This document shows positions 10,901 through 23,153 of a stretch of DNA of 64,000 bases, piece by piece. How positions within the stretch are numbered: the stretch's first letter is position 1; the number at the start of each line of letters is the position of its first letter. The notes under the pieces are model-generated. The model saw nothing but the letters and a program-made list of their open reading frames with translations. It had not been told where the DNA came from and searched no databases. Origin of the DNA: Octopus sinensis (taxonomy: Eukaryota); assembly GCF_006345805.1 (NCBI RefSeq), contig NW_021833024.1, positions 248,001-312,000 on the forward strand. The letters are read 5' to 3'. Both the position numbers and the translations under genes were made by a program.

Positions 10901-11170
10901 TTGCCTTGGAGTCCTCCGGGATCTTCGGTCCCAAGACACTCCGCTTCCTTCGCTCGCTCGGTCGACGGATTTCAAGGACTAGTCACGATCCAAGAGAGTT
11001 TTCTTGGCTCCTGGAACGTCTGTCGATTGCTGTGATCCGAGGGAACGTCTTCGCCATTCGCGCGGCTGGTCGGGTGTCTCGTGAGGCCTTTAACTAACTT
11101 AGCTATCTGTAATTTTTGTCTTGTTTTATTTCTATAAAAAAAAAAAAAATTAAAAAAAAAAAAAAAAAAA
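7960..11170 (+). mobile_element. Full-length CRE-like retrotransposon (PHD + RT + RLE) with two frameshifts
   Basis: Three overlapping ORFs (8092-8556, 8520-9566, 9397-11097) join into one polyprotein with PHD, WYLDD, CCHC and RPDG. Poly-A at 11136-11170. 10-bp TSD AATTAAACTG at 7950-7959 and 11171-11180. Confidence 0.9.
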
Positions 11171-11599
11171 AATTAAACTGCCTAATGAGACTTTTGTTCT
11201 TGAATTTAGGATTAAAATATCAATGTTCGGCTTTATCTCAGATAGGGCAATACGCAAATCATCTACTTTAAGACGATTTCGATACTTTGACTTTAAATAT
11301 GCAAGATGTGATATTGCCACTTCACACAGATATGTTGTGTGAAATGTAATTACTTCTCTAGTGCTATTGAACGGAGTAATGTATATACAGTTCCTAGTTC
11401 ACACCATAATTCCAATAATATACTATTTTTAAACGACATCAAAGAATTGGGAACTTTTTAATTCAATAAGGGATTCTTGAATTTTGAGATCGTCATTTAG
11501 ATTCATGGAAGAAAGGAAAGGATTTACAATTCAATCAATCTAAAATAGGTTATTTAGGCGTGAAATAATAACTTTTTCACTTAGCGGAGAACACCCCAA

Positions 11600-11925
11600 G
11601 GCCAAGTTTTGAATATTAATGAACAGACTCCAGATGTCTTTTTAACTTTGCCAGTTTAAATGAAGTATTGTAAAGAATGCAATGGCTTTATCATGATTAT
11701 TATCAGAAGACCGATATTTTATGAATCCATATTGAATATAAGATTCACAGCAGAATCGTTTCCTATCCGAGATTAAAACACGTGATTAAAGTGTAGAGAA
11801 AATTTATTTTTTATATTTAGAGGATCTGCATGAAAAAGAAACAAAAACTACATTTAAAAATATATTGCAAATATAAAATTCCGGGAACCCCCTATTTTTT
11901 CTGGGGACCCAGTTGAGAAACGCTG
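11600..11925 (+). mobile_element. hAT (Charlie-like) remnant ending in a TIR
   Basis: GTTGAGAAACGCTG at 11912-11925 is the reverse complement of a typical hAT TIR (CAGCGTTTCTCAAC). Upstream sequence is degraded; the left boundary is approximate. Confidence 0.4.
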
Positions 11926-12429
11926 CAGTAAAAAAATAATTGTTTTTATAGAAGTTTGCGTTACTTTCTAGTTTGCGTCATGAAGAGTTCTTAACCTTTC
12001 AAATTCAGAATGTACCTTGACAAGCTGTTTCACGTTACTTGTGATAGCTTCAATTTTATTTTTGGCGCTGTAGTCCAGGTATTCTAATTAGTTAGAAAGG
12101 TCAAGTAGAACAATACAAAACCACTTGTTTATTCCTTTTATTCTTTACACGTGTTTTGGTATCTGTTTTTCTTGTGCTACATAACTTATCAATAAAATTT
12201 AATTTTGTGCAAATTTTTTGACACTATTTAAAGTGTTTGATTTATTTCCATGTTGTTTATTTCTCCATAGTTTAGTTATTAATGACCAAAAAATCGGCAA
12301 ATTCGAAAGGTTTTATTGTATTAGCAGACTGGTATTGCCCAAAACCTCAACAATTCATTTATTTAGTACCCTCTACACATCCTTATTACCATTGGTCTAT
12401 ACACATACCACAAAAATAAAAAAAAATAT

Positions 12430-13576
12430 TCACAAAAAGTCATTTCCCTTTTTTAGAAGTAATCCACCGATTCATGGACAACACATCGTAGCCAGACCTA
12501 AACAAAAAACACAAATATACTTGCAAACAAGGCAAACGGGAGTATAATGACAAAAAACTAAAAGAACAACTCAAATTCAACAACCTGCAAGGCACACAGA
12601 ACATACAAATCCATTAGTAATCTTCTTTCCATGACAAAAACACACAGATCGCATATCAGCCGGGAAAGTTGGACATGATTCTCCATTTTTGTCACAAAAA
12701 AAGCACTTCAAATCAAAAAACACTCAAAAACTGTCAAGAATCCAAAAAGCTTGCCAACTTCTTCAACCCGATGATAGACCCCGCCAGATATAGAAGACAA
12801 CTGAGAAAGTATGGAGGACTCTGACTTCCCCAGACTGACGGAATCGATCGTAAAATTCTAAAAACGAAAATAAAAATAGAAATATACAAGAGAAGTTGTT
12901 TTATAAGAGAGTGCTGAGAGTTTCATGAACTGTTTTGGATCATCGGGACTTCCTTGGATTATCTGATCATAAAATTGACCAATTTTAACCAAAATCCGGC
13001 AGTGGGTAGATGTTTGTCTGTTTCTGACTTTGTTTATGTCTAAAATGGCTGATTAATAAACATACAGCACAGAGCACAGGTCAGTCCGTTCAATAGGTTT
13101 ACTCCCGATGAACAGTCATAATCTTAAATAATAACTATAAATGAAATATGTTTAATATTACTTATAAATATTTTTATTTATTAAATTAAAATATTTAATA
13201 ATAAATATTTAAATTTAATTTACTGTTTTGTAGTATTCGCGCTATCTTTGATGTGAAGGCCTGTTCCAGGGCATTGAGGATTTCTAGCTGTCCAGAACAG
13301 TATAGAGAGGAGGTTGTGGCAATGTTCATTAACTCAAGCGAGGAGACAACGAACTCAGACTTTCCAGAACAGCCGTAGGCAATCGCAGCAATGGATGGAT
13401 TGTTGGCCATGGAATAGTAAAACTCAATAAAGCGAAGAATAGCAGCGAAATATTCCATGATTGATGTCTTTTTAATATTTATGTGATGCAAATACTTCAT
13501 CGAAATCTACGTCTTGGTTTGATGCTCTGCAGAGCCAGGATGGGCTTACTTCAAACAAGACAACAAAGTCCACCAT
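12430..13576 (-). CDS. GTF2H3: TFIIH subunit p34 (Tfb4)
   Basis: Spliced peptides MVDFVVLFEVSPSW, CRIL|IIQGSPDDPKQFMK, ILSQLSSISGGVYHRV and DMRSVCFCHGKKITNGFVCSVCLA|VFCHYTPVCLVC match the p34 vWA domain and C-terminal C4 zinc finger. Confidence 0.88.
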
Positions 13577-14086
13577 CACCACAACACTGAGTGTTTTATA
13601 TTAATTTATTACATTTTTAGTTTAACAAAAATACAGATTGTGTCATTTTTATATTAATTTATAAACAAATGAAAATAAATGATCAAATTTACTCTAGACT
13701 GATATGGCATGGTGAGCTTGAGTTTCTTGCCCTATTCCGGACAGTCTGGGTTGACTTAATTTTCGTAGAATGCCAACTTATTTGTTTTTTAATTGGAATA
13801 TAAGTATCTGATTTTAAATGGTTCATTGAACGAAAAGAAAGCACCACATCAACCAAAAAATTTGAATATTAACCAAATATTATTAACCACAGATGAATAA
13901 ACTAATTAATATCAATTATTCCACTGACGTAAATTTTACATAAACATAAAATTAAATTCATGTCCCAATAATCAAATAATCAATTAAAATCCCCAAAAAT
14001 AAAATCCACAATTTAAATAATCTCTAAAAAATTCTCTCAAAAACTAAAATCAAAATTCTTTATTATGTTAAATACTTTTAGAATAT

Positions 14087-15187
14087 TCATATAAAGTAAT
14101 AATTGGCCAGATTATAGGATAAGGCACACGATTTAACGCAGTTTTGGAACAAACTTGCATTAAAAGTGGATATCAAGTTCGTCACGTGTGTATACTGCAC
14201 TTGCGACGGCAGAATTGAATTTTTTAGGACATCTCCCACAAACCTTTCGACTCTCTGACTCATCGACAACTGCATTCCCGCACAACAATTTTTCACTTCA
14301 GGAAAATGACCAGAAAAGTCGACTTTTTCAATCTTTTTGGCAAAATCTTTGCTTTTGTTCAAAATACAGATGAAAGCAGACTTTTTTAAAAAATTCAGTT
14401 GAGCCATTTCCTTAAATACGGAAAACGAGGATTCCAAATCCACGTCGAATCTGTCGAGAAATACAACAAACAAAATGCAGAAGGAATCCGAAAAAAATCC
14501 CACCGATCTTCTAGAAGATACCAATCTCGAGCCTTTTAAGATTGTGAGAGAATATGCGTGTCTCCGAATGATCAAAAGTGCGTTCTCCACTTCGTCCGAA
14601 GGCACAGGGACCCTCAAAATGTCATCGGCTGATGGCTGGTAGTTCTAAAAGCTGATCGGAAATAAAAACTTTGCTCAAAATTCGCTCCACCGAGTCCAGA
14701 AAGTACCGGAAATTAGGAGGCTAATAATTACAGGTTTTTTACTAACAAATTCAAAATAATGTTGGGCAATGACATCCTCGACAATAGGGTAGAGCATTAT
14801 TTGGACAATCGTGGTCTTTATTTTGTCCAAGTCGTCTTGTCGGTCTTCTCGGTAGCGTTTTAAAAGTTCTGAAAAATGTGGCATTGTGGTATCCGAATTG
14901 TTAGAAAGTATATCCACCAATTTATCCACCGTATCGAAGAGCATAGACGTGATTGCTTGACGAGCCCTTTCGGTCACTTGGGATGGAAAGGGAGTTAAGG
15001 TTTGATTTCTCAGTTGATTGAGTAAACAACTTTTTCCAGAAAGTGGAAGTCCAGTGATGAGAACTTTGGTTTGATTTTTGAGGAATCGTCTCTCTTGAAT
15101 CTGTTCATTGGTCGCCTTTAGCCATCGGAATCCTTTTTCGATCACTGATATGTTCTCTGCAGACTGCGATCTTGTTAGATTTTCCAT
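14087..15187 (-). CDS. Highly divergent heterotrimeric G-protein alpha subunit (probable pseudo-GTPase)
   Basis: P-loop GLPLSGKS, helical domain, YFLDSVERILSK|NYQPSADDILRVPVPS (two introns, 26 and 25 nt), and NKSKD in the G4 position; overall G-alpha layout. Confidence 0.8.
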
Positions 15188-15479
15188 CAATTATTTTAAC
15201 AAATATGAAGGAAATTCGTACGTTCTAATTAATAGACGTCAACCGAATGTTCGTGTTTAAATTAGTTAAAACTATATTTAAATTATATAGATTTTAATAA
15301 AATATAAACATATTATTTCTTAATTTAAAAAATAATTCTTGAATTCTATATTTCGGACATATATTAACATAAATTAATTATAAAGTGAATATTGAATTTC
15401 TTAATGAATAGAATTTAATTTTTCTAGCAAAATTTAATCATTAAAGTTAGATATTTTTACCAAAAAATAAGATAAGGAA

Positions 15480-15790
15480 TTTCATTCCAAAAAACAAGTT
15501 GTCGGGAGGTGTTATTTTGGTTTGGCATTATTCATAATTATTATAAATGAATTTAAAATATACAAAAATCTCAGATTGCGTAAAAATTATAAACCGCAAT
15601 GGTATAAATAAAGGTGTACAAAGATTTTTTCAAGGAAATTGCTAATCACTATGCGACTTGCAAATAGAGTCATTGTGACCAGTATTAACAAAAAATATTG
15701 CGCTCTAAGCTATTTAAATATACTTTTGATATCCAAATAATTTAAAATGGCTAAAGAAACGGAATCTCCTAAATCTGAAGCTATGTTCTC
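15480..15790 (+). mobile_element. Degraded Tc1/mariner transposase remnant
   Basis: GGVILVW-like and W..xSP(D/N)L-like traces with stops and frameshifts. Confidence 0.35.
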
Positions 15791-15814
15791 TTCTACAAGG
15801 CATAAACATCTTTA

Positions 15815-16690
15815 TTTATTTATTGTTACCCCAATCACAGGGTTATAAGGAAAAAGAAAAAAGTCATAGCTAACTAAGTGATCCCAGGCCATAACAATGG
15901 AGTTTTTCTCCGACGTGGACGAGAGTTCTGGATAGCTCGTCAATAGCTCGAAACGGGGAGGATTTTTAAATAGTTTAACAAGAGTTCGTAGAGGGGAGTC
16001 GCAAAAATAGAGGCTGTCCTTACCATTTTTGTTGCCTTTTGATAAAAACTGCCTTCAGGATGTTAAATAAAAGGTTCCAGCCAATCAATCTTTTGACGGC
16101 TTTATTAATTGTGGATAATTTCATTAGGGAGAAGCGGAATCGACCGCGATTTGTTTGCGTAGCTTAGAGTCGGTTGTATGAATTGATTATATACGATTGA
16201 TATGGTCTTCGTGTTCCTGCCGAGGGGTTCTGAGATCAACTTGAGGATCCTCATTTTTATGAGCCCCCCAGTGACCCGGTTTTCGACATTTTTTGCAAAG
16301 TTGAGTCCTTGATCGAAGGTCACTCCAAGGATCGTTTGCGTGGCCGTAAAAGGTATTGTCTCGTTGTTAATTGTGATTATAGATTTTCTCGAATAAGGTT
16401 TTTTGCAAGTGAATAAGGTTACAAAAGACTTTGTAGGCGATACTTCCAGTCATAGTTGTTTAAGTCAAACATTTAATAAATTAAGTATTCCTTGTACCTT
16501 TTGGGATGCGTTTTCATTAAGTCTGTCTTTAGCAGCAATGACAATATCGTCAGCATAAGAAAGGAGGAGACAGTTGTCGTTAGTTCGCTCTGGCATGTCG
16601 TGTACATATAATTTGAATAATGTTGGAGATAGACGAGAGCCTTGGTGGACCCCATTAGGTAGGAGCGTGTCTTCGATTTTCTTTTCATCT
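15815..16690 (-). mobile_element. 3' fragment of an APE-type LINE (Jockey/I group RT)
   Basis: GVHQGSRLSPTLFKLYV, SYADD, ILGVTFD, VYNQFIQPTLSYA. The 3' UTR has a hairpin and a (TAAA)n tail near 15815-15826. Confidence 0.8.
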
Positions 16691-16770
16691 TTTTAAATGT
16701 TAGACTAACACGCTAGACTATATTTCAATTGTAAGTAATAGAATATTAAATTCAGATTACAAGAGATGAG

Positions 16771-16935
16771 GTGAAAAGAATAAAAGATTTTCAAACTTGT
16801 ACATTTAATGCAGATTTGACTCATAACTATTTCTTTATTGAAGATATTGGAAAACCCTTATGTTTGACATGCTTCCATAAAGCTGCGGTTCAAAAACTTT
16901 ATAACATCAAAGAATATTATGAAATTCGTTATTAC
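16771..16935 (+). mobile_element. hAT (Charlie/SPIN-like) transposase N-terminal remnant
   Basis: KRIKDFQTCTFNADLTHNYFFIEDIGKPLCLTC..KLYNIKEYYE resembles the Charlie-family N-terminal zinc-finger region. Confidence 0.6.
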
Positions 16936-16959
16936 GATAATTCCTGCCAGGATCCCCAA

Positions 16960-17620
16960 ATTAAATACCGATATAGCACCTTCCTAACGGCAACTTTCGA
17001 CTTATCGCTGGTTGTGCCAGATTGCCTAATAATCGAAAAGTCTCACGGGCTTCACAATCGCAATGACACGTTACATCTTGCCCGGTCAGTTAACAGCAAA
17101 CTAATGCAAAAAAATGTCTCGGCTGCTGTTCACTTGATCTCATCCACGGCATCCGTTTCTTCTCTTAAAGAGTCCGTTTTGAATTCTCTCCGATTGAAAC
17201 ATCCTTCCGCCCTAGCTGACATTTGAGAACTTCCTAAAGTGAGTAAATCTGGTCGCATCGTTTTCCTTAAAGACGTGCTAGCTTCTCTTGGCTTATTCCC
17301 GTTGAGTAGCAGTGGTGGAGTGGATGGCCTAAAACCGATACACCTAAAGAATCTTGTCCCTCCCCTGACAGGGGAATCTAATACATATCTCCTGAAATCA
17401 ATTGCATCCTTGTGCGGCAGAATTATTTCTTAAAACATCTCCTATTTGCCCTTGCAGTGGACTATATTGCCTTAAAACTATCAAGCCAGCTCAATTGCTG
17501 GTATCTTGACGATATTACAATAAGTGGTTCGTTTGAATCCATACATAACGATGTAGTTGATATTATTTTGGGCTTTGGCCAAATCGGTCTATCCCAAAAT
17601 GGTTCCAAGTCGGAGTTCAC
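16960..17620 (+). mobile_element. Internally deleted CRE-like RT remnant
   Basis: VNSKLMQKNVSAAVHLISS..LRLKHP, SSGGVDGLKPIHLK, LLFALAVD..NCWYLDD, with stops and a deletion. Confidence 0.8.
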
Positions 17621-17776
17621 TCTGCTTCCCCCGACGATTCTCTATTTAATCAGGCCTTCGGATCATTTTCTGAGAAGGTTGCCGGTCTCCGATCGACAGA
17701 TCGTTACCAAGCCTAGGTGGTTACATTTTGCTTATTTTTCAAAAAAGATTAATTTATCGCTAATCCTAATAAAATT

Positions 17777-18652
17777 TTTTTTTTTTAAGAGAATTGACAG
17801 TTTATAAGGTAAAGAAATCACTAATTAAGAGGCGGAACCGCAGCCGAGAGGAGGATCGAGGAACAGTTCCCCCTTAGAACTGCGAGAGAGATGCGCTCAA
17901 AAAGCCACATCAGTTCACGGGGGTCGTTCCTTGCCCTTCCCAATGACCTTCCGATCTTCGAGAGGAAACGGAGAGTAGACGGGCCAAGTACACCGGAAGT
18001 TTCCACTGACACCGGTTCGAAGATGAAACGGTCCATCAGGGAGGCGTACTTAGATGCCTTCTTCGTCTCCGCCCTCTTGGCTGCTGAGCCAGCCTCGACC
18101 GCCGACAAGGAAAGACATGATGATGCGAAAGTATCAGAGCATGTCGCATCCCAGACGATTGCTTTCCCGTTCTTGTAGGGAAAGAGTGAGACCCCGTCAG
18201 GTCTCTTACCATCCTCCCTTAGAAGGCCAGGAGGCTCCAGCTGACAGGGAAATCCGGCAGCTTCAAGTGCATGTTTTACTACGGAATTTAATTCAGAATG
18301 CCTGGGAATCCGGCCAGGGCTTTTGCGACAGGAAAGTGGATGGAGACCTTTCCGATCTACGACAGAACCACAGCGGCAAGTGTGTGGAAAGCAGATGTCC
18401 AGACCAAGTCTAAGAGAAATGCCAATCTGCACACTTTTTGGGTCCAGCAGGGTTCCCGTATTTCCGGAAGGGTATGCGTTGAGCCAAGCGCCACTCCATT
18501 CGGAGGATGCGGCCAAAAGACAAGCGCGCCGGTGTTGATCACAGGAGGATAATAGCGAATTGTATAACTGAAGAAACATTGTTTCCGTCCACGCCTTTGT
18601 ATAGCAGGGATAGCAAGGAATGTCGAAGCCACGGGAAGACCAAACTTCGATA
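17777..18652 (-). mobile_element. 5'-truncated CRE-like retrotransposon with intact RLE half
   Basis: 252-aa ORF with CRCGSVVDRKGLHPLSC, RPDG and WDATC. Poly-A (poly-T on +, about 17777-17786). 12-bp TSD CCTAATAAAATT at 17765-17776 and 18653-18664. Confidence 0.88.
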
Positions 18653-18899
18653 CCTAATAAAATTATTCTTACTATTTAATGAAAAAACGCACGCATCACT
18701 ATAAAAAAAACCCTTGAGAGCATGATTGTTTCTTATAGAAACAGAATTGAGCCGTGGGAAAGAGCACTTGAACTGGACAAAAGAATAAGCGAGATTTATC
18801 ACCAAATGAGTGTGTATTCAACATCGCTTCTGCCTGTCAGTACTTCGAAGGGAAAGAGGCGGGCTTGCCTACCTGAATCACTTTGCAAATAGAATTTTC

Positions 18900-21500
18900 C
18901 AAGTCCATAAGTGTAACCTCCTAAGCTCTGTAACACCCTAGGCTCGTGACATAATATATTGAAGTATAAAAAACTACGACATCTGATAGCCAATGACCTT
19001 GTAAAAATGATCTGTTGACAGGTGACATGTAGCCAGCATGGGAGGCGACATATTATCACATTTTGTGCGAACTGATTACATTGAAACTACTAACATCCCT
19101 TGGATGGATATCTGTCGGAGCTATGTACTCCAAAGCAATGAAGAATTATCAAAATCTTATTGAAGAATTTTTCCAGAACAATGATAGAGGAATTCTAATA
19201 GGAGACCTTAACGCAAAACACACATCGTACGGATGTGCCAACACAAATTCGGACGGTAATATACTCCTCAGATTATAGAACTGCGGTTTTAGTGTTTTGA
19301 CCTCACGAGAACCAAACCACTTCTCTTGTTATGGAGAGGATTGTATTGGAGTTTTCCTCGTATCGGCAGATCTTGTTCATCAATGCAGCATACCACGGAT
19401 TGAGATAAACATTGGTAGTGATCACCTACCTCAATCCTTGTGTATGCGAACATCATCTACGATATGCGAAGATCTGTTTATCGGATACGATACGTCTCGG
19501 ACAATCTGGTCGGACCTTGAGGTATCAATGAAAAAGCATTTGACACCTTATCCAATACAAAACATCTCTTCGAATATACAAATTGAAAAACTTGATAAAA
19601 TTCTCAGAGAAGCTATACTGGACTTTCTCCGAAAATCTTCAATCAGGAAATACATCATGTCAAATACTAACAGAAAAACCCGGATTGACGAATCTTTGGG
19701 AAACTTATAAAATGGAAGGGAAACCTTGAAAAGAAGCTAAGACGATGCAGTGACCCCATAGATCGTATTCGTCTTCGGGATAAGATTCGTACCGTGAAAA
19801 TAGAGATAAATGATGTCGCAAAAAAACATTCAGACCTTGCTTGGAAGAGTCAATGCTCGAAACTGAATAAGAAAAACCCTCATTTTTGGAAGGTTTTCAA
19901 CAGACTGAGTAATATGGAGAACAAAGGAGAAGAGATCCGACTAAAAACAACTGAAGGAATAGATATCCCGCTCGATGAAGTTCCCTCACATCTGCGAAGT
20001 CAACTGGCAAAAGTTCAAGAGGTGGATCCGATCGACATGGTTCCGAAAGAAGTTATATGTGAGGCTCAGAGAAGTCTAAGAGCTAATTTGAGTCATACGG
20101 GACCACTGTGCAGAGACATAACGTTGGAAGAAACGTATGCCGCAATTATGAGCTGCAAGAATAATGCACCCGGCCATGACTACATTCCAATTTCTGTATT
20201 CAACATGCTCCAAATATTCTCCTACGATACTTGACCGCACTATACAATGCAAGCTGGAGACTTGGATACGTACCGGACTCTTGGAAAAAGTCAATCGTAC
20301 GTATGATTCCAAGCCTGGAAAAATAAAGGACCATGCAGAGAACTATAGGCCGATAAGCCTAATATGCTCCGTCTCTAAAATTATGGAACGGATTGTCTTC
20401 ACAAGACTTTCGAACTTCGTAGAGGAATCAGGTGCACTTGCAGTAGAGCAGTGGGGATTCCGACGAAAAAGATCCTGTGGTGATTGTTTCGGAGAACTCG
20501 AGAAAGTCATCTCGCTTAGTCTTGCTAATAATACAGCGACTATTGCTATCTGCCTCGATGTCTCAAAAGCTTTTGACAGCGTATGGCACCTGGGCCTCTT
20601 GGAAAGTGTCGCCAAGAGCAACCCGGGTCTAAAACGGTCAATTGGCTGAAGAGCTATTTATCAATGAGAAGGTCATACATACGATGCGGAAACCGTTTGT
20701 CGGAATCTGTCGATCTCAAAAGAGGGGTACCTCAAGGCTCGGTCTTGAGCCCTTTGCTTTTTAATATTTACGTTGCTGATATTCCAAAACCGAAAGATCC
20801 TACCAGTCGTCTCATGATCTACGCGGACGACATATTAATAACGGATGCTTCGTGGAGAAAAGACATCTCGTGGAGGAAGTTAAAAGGATACGTGACAAGA
20901 GTGGAAGAATGGTGCATATCAAAAGGACTGACGCTTGCAAAAGAAAAGTGCACCGCCACTTGGATTGCAAAACAGGGAGCAAAACGAAAACCGCCGAGAA
21001 ACCTCTATGGGTTTACAGTAACGGAGAACCTGAAATACCTTGGGGTTGAAGTTGGATCCAGGGTTCTTACTTCAGATACATCGACTCGAGGAGAAGGAAA
21101 TGCGCTCAAATTCTCAGGAGCATAATTCACTTCCACCTTTCCCCGGAAACGTTTTTATATGTTTATAAAACGTGCGTCGAACCATTGCTTACCTACGGGT
21201 TCGATGGATGGTATCCTACTGCTGAAAGGGATGGCATTATCGCTAAGCTCGAAAAGACGAGGCGATATGCCATCAAATTGGCAAATGGACTCCAGTTGGA
21301 CCAACCCATCCCTCAAGTGATGGAAGACGCGACGGAAACGGTTGGAAGTGTTCTTGAGAGAGCCTTTTCTTCTCGAATTAAATATTAAAAAAAAAAAAAA
21401 AAAGAGGGAAACAACGAAGAAGAGGCATACGTTGTCTCATTAACTTTCTCCTCTTTTTTCGGCTTTTCCGTTAATAAAAATTCATTCATTCATTCATTCA
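18900..21500 (+). mobile_element. Degenerate APE+RT LINE (ORF2 with multiple frameshifts), (TTCA)n tail
   Basis: GDLNAKH, GSDHLP, NYRPISL, DVSKAFDSVWH, GVPQGSVLSPLLFNIY, YADD, LKYLGV. Microsatellite tail at 21481-21500; 5' boundary approximate. Confidence 0.85.
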
Positions 21501-22574
21501 TATTATCACATTTCATGTTATTCAGAAACTACCTTTTCAGTGACTAAATAAAAGTCTTTGATTGTTAATTTCTAAGTATCTGTTAAAGTTTAGCCGTTAA
21601 ACAAGCTTTGAAGCTTAATCCATGGATTTACTAAATGAACATAAAAGACAATCTTCAATCCACTCAATTCTTGTTTCTATCACTACATAAATATCAAACG
21701 TGTAGACAGGAAGTGAGAATTTAATTGCTTTGAATACTTAATTTACTTAATTAAGTAAAATATTGATTTCAACAAATAAATAAACAGGAAGTAATGAGTT
21801 TATTAGTTGGAAAATTTATCAGTTTTATTGATATTAAAAAATATATTGAAGATTTAGAATATGCTACTGCAGGAAACTTGAAATTCAACTAATAGTGAGC
21901 TGTTAAGAGCTTTTTCATGTAGCTCTAAGAGGGTTTGCCCTAAGCTATGATAGCCATTTTTGAGTTCTTTTTTGTTGGAAACAATATATGCTGGCGTTTT
22001 TTTCTATTCCTATGATGAGGTCGCAAAACATTTTGAAAAAAAGTGAGGTGCGAGCGAAGGAAGGAAATGTTATTTTTGTTTTTGACAAGAGACATCCTTA
22101 TTGTATTGGTTTCGGTCGTTTAGAATAAAAATATTATTTAAAAAATAACAAAATTTGATTGGACATAAATTGATTTTATGGCGGTAGACTTCAAATTAAA
22201 TCATAACAATATGAGCAAGAGGTGGAATATAGATGACTTATATACAAGGATAAATAGGACTCTACTTGTGGAGTCATTTTGATAATCTTTTTAAAGTAGT
22301 TTCTAAAATTTGAAGTGCGGCAGGAGTATCTGATCAACAAAGATAAGTCTATTTTTAATAAAAATAAGGGGGCTAATCCTAGTTGATGAAAAAGTAGTCA
22401 ATAATTTGTTAAGTGCCGGTCAATTATTAAAATAGTCATCAAGTAACATGTCTGATCCACCATTTGAATATAAATTTAAAGCTTATCAATTAAATTGCTA
22501 GACACAACAAATTATTGCAGCCAATATTAATAATAAACACAAAAATCGAACATTTAAAATAGAAAACGTTACAT

Positions 22575-23070
22575 TTACTGCAATGAATTAGCCTTCAAAA
22601 GTGCCTTTTTATCACACTTGAGTACAGACATCCGATTACGTAGTGGGAGTTCAGTATTTTTATTACACAAACTGCATTTTATCGTCCATCCAGTCTTGGA
22701 GAGTTGTTTGATAATACATCGGTGGCACATTGTATGTTGACATTTTGTGAGAATTTCTGGTATTCTTTTGCATTCGTCGTAAATACGGCTACATGAGCTA
22801 CAAATTCCATTGTTTTCTTGTTCAATAATAACCCCGTCCGACTCTTCTGAGATTTTTTCTTCTATTATCTCTTCTAAAACTTTTTTTTTCTTTTTCTTCG
22901 GAATGTCTAGTCCAAACCCATTAAATGGATCGAACACCCGATCATCTTTACGTGGTTCAAGTTCACTATAATCTATATCAGAATTCTAACTATCGAGGCA
23001 CAAAGGTTTCATCATAAGTATTTCTGGGTTCCTCCTTTATCGGAAAGCCAAAATGAAGTGACCAATCCAT
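22575..23070 (-). CDS. Small RING-HC (C3HC4) protein, putative E3 ligase, with poly-Lys NLS
   Basis: CSSC...CQHTMCHRC...CSLC. A 25-nt intron (22966-22990) joins an upstream exon MDWSLHFGFPIKEEP... in frame. Confidence 0.75.
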
Positions 23071-23119
23071 TACGATTCCGCGGAAAAGTCTCAATTATAG
23101 TAAATCCTGGCGCACGGTG

Positions 23120-23153
23120 TATTTATAGTATACGCTTGATTGTTTTGAATTGG
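23120..23153 (-). promoter_or_regulatory. TATA box (TATAAATA) and CCAAT box upstream of the RING gene
   Basis: On the minus strand, TATAAATA lies at 23120-23127 (50 nt above the ATG) and CCAAT at 23149-23153. Confidence 0.45.

Noticed and set aside
1596-11035. Many antisense or alternate-frame ORFs of 60-165 aa overlapping the CRE elements
   Set aside because: These are by-products of GC-rich, stop-poor coding sequence and show no recognisable domains.
13689-13826. 45-aa minus-strand ORF between G-alpha and GTF2H3
   Set aside because: No motif or homology signal; cannot be distinguished from chance.
16771-17226. In-frame hAT zinc-finger/CRE chimeric ORF as a novel fusion gene
   Set aside because: Both halves are degraded, it starts at a non-ATG codon and stops before the RT core; this is best explained as a chance junction of two relics.
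16960-18652. Oppositely oriented CRE pieces as one twin-primed 5'-inverted insertion
   Set aside because: The + strand piece lies beyond the poly-A and outside the 12-bp TSD of the minus-strand copy, so these are two independent insertions.
18823-18831. ATCGCTTCT resembling the U2 snRNA 5' end (a Utopia/Keno-type target)
   Set aside because: Only 9 nt match, with no downstream U2 branch-recognition sequence or Sm site.
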